DNA of 18,872 nt from Chthonomonadales bacterium (GTDB taxonomy: Bacteria > Armatimonadota > Chthonomonadetes > Chthonomonadales > Chthonomonadaceae), in NCBI GenBank assembly GCA_038217285.1, contig JBBQPO010000104.1, positions 1 to 18,872 of the forward strand, read 5' to 3'. This document shows positions 13,600 through 18,872 of the stretch, piece after piece. Under the pieces are notes generated by a model that saw nothing but the letters and a program-made list of their open reading frames with translations, searched no databases and was not told the DNA's origin. The stretch's first letter is position 1; the number at the start of each line of letters is the position of its first letter. The translations under genes and the position numbers were made by a program.

Positions 13600-16320
13600 C
13601 TATCGGAGCGTTTGAAAGTCATAGTGACCCGATCCGACGGAGTAGATCCGGTTTCCAGCCTCCTGGCGCACAAAACGAACCCCGGCGACATGGTCTGGTG
13701 ATGCCCCGTTCACATGGACAATGCCCCGGCCAGACGACGGCAGCCAGATGGTCGCGGTGGTGTTTGCCGGCAACGTGACGGAGAGCGAGAACGCATCGCC
13801 GCTACGTGTCCACTCCGCGCTGACGTTTCCCCGCAGGGTCGCACACGACGCCCGCGCGTAGGTGATATCACCGACTGGCTGTGGATGGATCAGGATCTTC
13901 TTGAAACCGGGGCCGGTCGGATCGAGGCCAATGCCGACCAGATCGTGGTAGAACCACTCCATCAGTTGCCCCAACATGAAATGATCCTGCGAGGAGCCTG
14001 GTCCCGCATCCCAGGCTTCCGTCAGACTGGTCGCCCCGTGAGCCAGTTGGTACCCGTAACCTGGCTTGTCCGACTGCGCGTTGACGTCGAAGATGACATC
14101 GGATCGATTTCCATCCGCGAGGGCGCGCAGCAGGTAGCGGTAGCCCACGTCGCCAGCCGTTAGGCCGTTGCCGTGCGCCCGGACATCTTTGACCAGATTC
14201 TCCAGCACCAGCGCACGCTGCCCGACCGGCACGAGGTCCATGACAAGCGCGATGGCGTTCGCCGCCTGAGAGCCGGTCGCCACCTGGCCTGTGTCGGCGT
14301 GGAAAAGTTTCCGGTTGAAGGCGTTGCGTATCCTGTCGGCCAGCGCGTCGAACTTGCGGGCATCGTCGGGGCGACCGAGCACGGCAGCGGTGCGGGCGAG
14401 CGTGACGGTGTCGGCGTAGTAGAACGCGGTCGCCGTGAGCGCGACCGGAGTCAGTTGCGCATAGCCGGGCGGTCCAGGCCCCAGATCGTACCAGTCGCCC
14501 AACCCGTGATCGACGATGTCGTCCTTTGCCTTGCTGCCCAGATAGGCGACATAGGCCTGCATCTGTGGGTAGTAGGTCTGGAGCAGCTCCCGGTCCCCCG
14601 TCCACTCGTACTGCTGCCAGGCGCAGAGCAGAAGCGCGCTGCCCCACTCTGGCGAGTCCCGGAAACCGCCCGAAAAGACGGTATATTCCGGCGCGATGTC
14701 CGGCACCAGTCCATTCGGCAACTGTGCATCCGCCATGTCGTTCAGGATCTTGGTGAACAGGGGTGCGAGATCGAACTCGTAGCGCAGCGAGGGACCGTTC
14801 AGGTGGTCCTGTTCCAGCCAGCCGAGGCGCTCGCGATGAGGACAGTCGGTGAGCACGCTCACCATGTTGTTCTCCTGCGCCCGCCGTATCAGCGTGTGAA
14901 TGCGATTGAACAGGGCGTTCGAGCAGGCGAACTCCCCGATCGACCGCGATGCGGAGTGGACGCCGACGCCTTCCAGCGCCAGAACGGTCGGCACAGGCCC
15001 GCCCTTTACGGCAGGCAGAGCCTCGACCTGAAGGTAGCGGCAGCCCTGATAGAAGAAGCGTGGGAAGTAGGTCTCGACGGCGCTTCCGGCGAGCGTCAGT
15101 TGCCAGTAGGCCTGTCCGCCTCCCGAAGAGCCGCGATCCACGGTCCCGTCCGGATGCAGCAGCTCCGCGCCGGTGATGCGGACGGAGGCTCCCGCTTCGC
15201 CCTGCACCCGCAGACGCGGCATGACCGAGGCGTTGCGGCCCAGATCGTAGACAGTCACCCCCGGTCGGATCGCGCGTACCGCGACAGGAGGCAGGGTTTC
15301 CAGGGCGCGCAGAGGCGGCGCGGCAGCGCTGAGTCCCCGGAGGCGACCGCCTGGCCCCTCCACCAGTCGCGCCTCCTCCCAACCGGCCCCGGTGAACCCG
15401 ACGTCATCCCAACCCGACTGTGCCAGCCGCGCATCGTAGTCCTCACCGCCATAGATCGACGAAAACGTGATGGGACCGGCATGCGTGCGCCAGTGGCCGT
15501 CGCTGCCGACCTGCACAGTCGTTCCGTCCGCGTACTCCAGGCGCAGCAGACAGATCGCCTTGAGCGCGCCGAACGAGCCGACGAACTTGGTATAGCGGCC
15601 GGCATGGACCCGGTACATGCCGTTGCCCAGGAACAGCCCGGCCGTATTTGCGCCTGCGTGCAGTTGTGCGGTGATGTCGTAGGTGTCGTAAAGACAGGTT
15701 TTGGCGTAGTTCGTCCAGCCCGGCGTCAGGAGATCCTTGCCCACTTTGCGCCCGTTCAGAGACATTTCGTATTGCCCGAGTCCGCAGACGAACGCGACCG
15801 CGCGCTGGAGGCCGGGTAGGACCGCGAACTCCCGGCGCAGCAGAACGGTCTCCTGTTCGGGAGCCGCGCCGCCGATCCAGTGCGCCTGCCAGTCGCTCGC
15901 CTCCAGCAGTCCCATGGTCCAGGAGGCCGGGGCGCTCCAGGCGGAAGGACGACCGGCGCGATCCCAGCAGCGGACCTTCCAGAAGACGCGCTGCGCGGAG
16001 TGCAGCGGTTTCCCGGAATACGGGATCTGGAGGGTCTCCTCAGAGGCTGTCCTCCCGCTGTCCCAGAGATCGCCGCGCCCCTTCCCCAGCAGTGCCTTCG
16101 TGGAGGCCACGATCACCTGATAGGCGCTCTGTTTCTGGTTGCGAGCCACACTTTGAACCTGCCAGAAGAGTCGTGGACGTGGCGTGTCGACACCCATCGG
16201 ATTGACGGCGTATTCGCAGCGCAACTGCATCGGCAGCAGAGAACCTCGCGGCTCCCCAAAAACCGAAGTCGCAATCGTGACCAGCAGCAGGATCGTTCCT
16301 AATACCCTCGAAATTCGCAA
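13600..16320 (-). CDS. Secreted alpha-L-rhamnosidase, glycoside hydrolase family 78
   Basis: Signal peptide; LRCEYAVNPMGVDTPRPR N-domain; TDCPHRERLGWL; GLGDWYD; GATSLTEAW..SQDHFMLG. TTG start with GAGGAG upstream. Confidence 0.95.
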   Translation of the reverse strand: MRISRVLGTILLLVTIATSVFGEPRGSLLPMQLRCEYAVNPMGVDTPRPRLFWQVQSVARNQKQSAYQVIVASTKALLGKGRGDLWDSGRTASEETLQIPYSGKPLHSAQRVFWKVRCWDRAGRPSAWSAPASWTMGLLEASDWQAHWIGGAAPEQETVLLRREFAVLPGLQRAVAFVCGLGQYEMSLNGRKVGKDLLTPGWTNYAKTCLYDTYDITAQLHAGANTAGLFLGNGMYRVHAGRYTKFVGSFGALKAICLLRLEYADGTTVQVGSDGHWRTHAGPITFSSIYGGEDYDARLAQSGWDDVGFTGAGWEEARLVEGPGGRLRGLSAAAPPLRALETLPPVAVRAIRPGVTVYDLGRNASVMPRLRVQGEAGASVRITGAELLHPDGTVDRGSSGGGQAYWQLTLAGSAVETYFPRFFYQGCRYLQVEALPAVKGGPVPTVLALEGVGVHSASRSIGEFACSNALFNRIHTLIRRAQENNMVSVLTDCPHRERLGWLEQDHLNGPSLRYEFDLAPLFTKILNDMADAQLPNGLVPDIAPEYTVFSGGFRDSPEWGSALLLCAWQQYEWTGDRELLQTYYPQMQAYVAYLGSKAKDDIVDHGLGDWYDLGPGPPGYAQLTPVALTATAFYYADTVTLARTAAVLGRPDDARKFDALADRIRNAFNRKLFHADTGQVATGSQAANAIALVMDLVPVGQRALVLENLVKDVRAHGNGLTAGDVGYRYLLRALADGNRSDVIFDVNAQSDKPGYGYQLAHGATSLTEAWDAGPGSSQDHFMLGQLMEWFYHDLVGIGLDPTGPGFKKILIHPQPVGDITYARASCATLRGNVSAEWTRSGDAFSLSVTLPANTTATIWLPSSGRGIVHVNGASPDHVAGVRFVRQEAGNRIYSVGSGHYDFQTLR

Positions 16321-16481
16321 AGTACCGTTTTCTCCTCAGCCGACGCGCTTGATCGCGCCCTGTCTTGCAGTATGACACTATTCCATTTGAATCGTCGGCT
16401 GGAAGATGAAACCCGAGCGGGAACCGACCCGTCAAGGAAGTAAGAGGTTCGCCCTCCTGACTTTTTGGAAAGGTTGCCGCC

Positions 16482-17300
16482 ATGCGTACATTGTCTCGTC
16501 GATCCGCATTTACACTAATTGAACTGCTCGTCGTCATCGCCGTGATCGCGATTCTGGCGGCGCTACTGTTTCCCGTTTTCGCACGGGCGCGCGAGAAGGC
16601 GCGACAGGCGAGTTGCCTCTCCAACGAGCGACAGATCGGCACGGCGCTGCTGATCTATATGCAGGACTACGACGAGACGCAGCCGCGTCGTCAAAACGAC
16701 GACGCCCTTACCTCCTGGCGGAAAGACATACGTCCCTACCTCAAAAATGCGCAGGTCTTCACCTGTCCCTCCAACCCGAACAATCGCCTTCTCAGCCGGG
16801 ACAATCCGGAAACAACCCAGGACGATCCCAACATTCATGTCTCCTACGGGCTCAACAACAACGATGCGAACGGAGTCGGAGGTGTCTGCAACCGCCAGTC
16901 CGGCGACGTCACCCTGGCGAGGATCGCCTCGCCCTCACAGGTAATCGGGATCGCGGAGAGCACCGCCTACTACAGCGATGTCTTCGTGAATGCCCGGATC
17001 GAGGGGCCAGGCGGCGCTTTCCATGCCACGAACACGACCGGCTGGAACGGGCATGTCTTCACAGGGCATGTGGGCGTAAGCAACTTCTGGTTCATGGACG
17101 GCCATGTCAAAGCCATGAAGCCGCTCAACACCGTGAACGCTATCGATCCCGGCAGTCCAAACGTGCCGGGAACCCCGCTCAACCTCTGGACGATCGACAA
17201 CTCCAGCTTCACCGACAAAGATCTTACGCTCGCCATCAGCGTAACGCCATTCACCTTCGCCAAGGAGAATCTGCGCTACGGCCAGTTCGCCGATCCGTAG
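16482..17300 (+). CDS. DUF1559 / prepilin-type N-terminal cleavage-methylation protein with H-X9-DG motif
   Basis: [52 protein letters not shown] and [15 protein letters not shown]. Confidence 0.95.
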   Translation: MRTLSRRSAFTLIELLVVIAVIAILAALLFPVFARAREKARQASCLSNERQIGTALLIYMQDYDETQPRRQNDDALTSWRKDIRPYLKNAQVFTCPSNPNNRLLSRDNPETTQDDPNIHVSYGLNNNDANGVGGVCNRQSGDVTLARIASPSQVIGIAESTAYYSDVFVNARIEGPGGAFHATNTTGWNGHVFTGHVGVSNFWFMDGHVKAMKPLNTVNAIDPGSPNVPGTPLNLWTIDNSSFTDKDLTLAISVTPFTFAKENLRYGQFADP

Positions 17301-17311
17301 GACAGAGCGAT

Positions 17312-17629
17312 TTACAACTGCGTGTCGTAGACCTGGACGCGGGACCAGTGGGGGCTACACTCGGCGATAAAGGTCAGATGGTCAGGGTGAGTCTCGTAGA
17401 TGTCGTAGCCTGCTGAGTCCGCGAACTCTACCAGCAGCCCCACCCCATATGAGTTGTCTACTACGTCGCGCGGCGTGCCCGCGGGCTTCCCGGCTTCCAA
17501 ACGCAATACGGACGGAATACCCGCCAGATGTTGGCGGCATCCACGCAAGATCGCCTCTGCATCCTCCGCCCCTCCTCCGACACGTACCCAGAAATAGACC
17601 AGATGCAGAAAACCAGTTGTTGTCGCCAT
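17312..17629 (-). CDS. Dabb family stress-responsive A/B barrel protein
   Basis: Pattern HLVYFW...IPSV...YGVGLLVEF...YETHPDH...VQVYD; 105 aa. Confidence 0.9.
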   Translation of the reverse strand: MATTTGFLHLVYFWVRVGGGAEDAEAILRGCRQHLAGIPSVLRLEAGKPAGTPRDVVDNSYGVGLLVEFADSAGYDIYETHPDHLTFIAECSPHWSRVQVYDTQL

Positions 17630-17735
17630 GCGCAGATACCCCCTTTGAAATTCGCACCACCCCTATTTTACCCCTCTGTCGGGAGCACCTTGTTTTTTGG
17701 CCGTCCTAACAGTGGAAAATGGGGCATGATGCCGG

Positions 17736-18257
17736 TCACAATGCCGGTTCCGAGGAGAAGAGAGAAGTTGGCTCCTTCCGTCTCCCGGCCTCCAGCGAAA
17801 GCAGCATGTCTTTGCGCGAGAGGCCGCCGCCGTAGCCGACCAGCTTGCCGTTCGCGCCGATGACGCGGTGACAGGGAATGACGATCGAGATCGGATTGCG
17901 CCCATTGGCGAGGCCCACCGCGCGGGAGGCGTTGGGACTGCCGAGCCGTCGGGCCAGCTCTCCGTAGGAGAGGGTCGTGCCGTAAGGAATCCGCCGAAGC
18001 TCCTGCCAGACGCGGCGCTGAAACTCGGTCCCCTGCGGAGCAAGCGGCAGATCGAACTCCGTCAACTCTCCGGCAAAGTAGGCCGTGAGCTGCCGCTTCG
18101 TTTCCGCAAACGGCAGGGCGTCCGTCTGCTCTGTCCAGTCGGCCCCGACCTCCGGCCCGTGCCGGTGCTCGACCATAAAGATTCCTGTCAGCGCCGTCCC
18201 ATCCGACGTCAGCAGCAGAGGCTGGACGGGGCTATCGTAGTAGGTGTAGAATGTCAT
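17736..18257 (-). CDS. ogt: Methylated-DNA--protein-cysteine S-methyltransferase
   Basis: Motifs [33 protein letters not shown] and IPCHRV. The start is ATG 18257, overlapping the alkA stop (ATGA). Confidence 0.95.
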   Translation of the reverse strand: MTFYTYYDSPVQPLLLTSDGTALTGIFMVEHRHGPEVGADWTEQTDALPFAETKRQLTAYFAGELTEFDLPLAPQGTEFQRRVWQELRRIPYGTTLSYGELARRLGSPNASRAVGLANGRNPISIVIPCHRVIGANGKLVGYGGGLSRKDMLLSLEAGRRKEPTSLFSSEPAL

Positions 18258-18872
18258 CCTGTTCTGTCCTTCGTCTCCGATGCTTCCGAGGAGGTCGGGT
18301 CTTCCAGGGATCTCCAGAGGTGCATGGCGGCATAGGCGCGCCAGGGCCGCCATGCGTCGGCCTGCTCCAGCAGAGCACGGGGCGTCGGGTTGCCCAGCGC
18401 CTTCCGGATCACGAGGTCCGTATGCGGGAAGGCGTCGGACCAGCCCAGGGCGCGCATCGCCAGGTAGTGCGCGGTCCATTCCCCGATGCCGGGCAGGCTC
18501 TTCAGATGCCCCAGGGTCGCCTCCGTATTGTAGCCTGGTTCCAGCCGCAGCCGCCCCGTCGCCACCTCCCGTGCCAGCGCCCGGATCGCCTCGGCACGGG
18601 CCCTCACGATCCCGAGCGCGGTCAGGTCGGCGGTCTCCGCAGCGGCGATCCGTTCCGGCGTCGGAAAGAGATGGGTCAGCGCGGGAAAGGGGGTCTCTAT
18701 CGGCTCTCCGAAGGCTGCCGCTACTCTTCCGGCCAGCGTCAAGGCGGCCTTCACACTGACCTGCTGCCCGAGTATTACCCGAACGCCCATCTCGAAGCCA
18801 TCGAAGGCGCCCGGCACTCGTAGGCCGGGCCGCGCTGCGGCCAGCGCCCCGAGATGCGCGTCGATCTGCTGC
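18254..18872 (-). CDS. alkA: DNA-3-methyladenine glycosylase II, AlkA (partial; may be an Ada-AlkA fusion)
   Basis: [20 protein letters not shown], HhH motif [14 protein letters not shown] and WRPWRAYA. The frame is open to the window edge. Confidence 0.93.
   Translation of the reverse strand, partial: QQIDAHLGALAAARPGLRVPGAFDGFEMGVRVILGQQVSVKAALTLAGRVAAAFGEPIETPFPALTHLFPTPERIAAAETADLTALGIVRARAEAIRALAREVATGRLRLEPGYNTEATLGHLKSLPGIGEWTAHYLAMRALGWSDAFPHTDLVIRKALGNPTPRALLEQADAWRPWRAYAAMHLWRSLEDPTSSEASETKDRTG

Noticed and set aside
13868-15819. 504-aa and 548-aa ORFs overlapping the GH78 gene
   Set aside because: Off-frame and antisense shadows of a well-supported gene.
16394-16430. Resemblance to a c-di-GMP-II riboswitch (GGAA..ATGAA...AACCGAC)
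   Set aside because: Far too short, and it lacks the GGGCAC/GTGC pseudoknot.
18258-18479. 74-aa N-terminal extension of ogt
   Set aside because: It overlaps alkA in another frame; the ATGA overlap at 18257-18254 marks the real start.

Overview
GC-rich bacterial chromosomal window. It is probably from Armatimonadota, inferred from the style of the DUF1559/H-X9-DG prepilin-like gene and a surface-protein remnant ending WQIVGPR. Left to right: (i) the 3' end of a probable ISKra4-like IS abutting a 5'-clipped CRISPR repeat, followed by the degenerate trailer end of an ATTGAAAC-type array; (ii) purN; (iii) a collapsed island downstream of tRNA-Lys(CTT) made of nested remnants: an IS1 3' end, an IS21 right end carrying an extra coupled small gene, and an in-frame integrase-N-terminus/IstB-C-terminus chimera; (iv) a gnd - 23-aa-repeat exported protein - zwf - class III fbp cluster; (v) an accessory tract with two small ORFs, a stand-alone HUH/Y1 transposase bracketed by 54-bp inverted two-hairpin elements showing compensatory base changes, a doubly disrupted membrane-protein gene, TPR proteins, and GNAT and SBBP gene remnants; (vi) a GH78 alpha-L-rhamnosidase divergent from a DUF1559 gene, then Dabb, ogt and a partial alkA. 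The best candidates for something undescribed are the Y1 transposase with symmetric structured ends, the IS21 third gene with its adjacent stem-loop, and the IS inserted into a CRISPR repeat. All family calls come from motif recognition by eye; no database searches were run.
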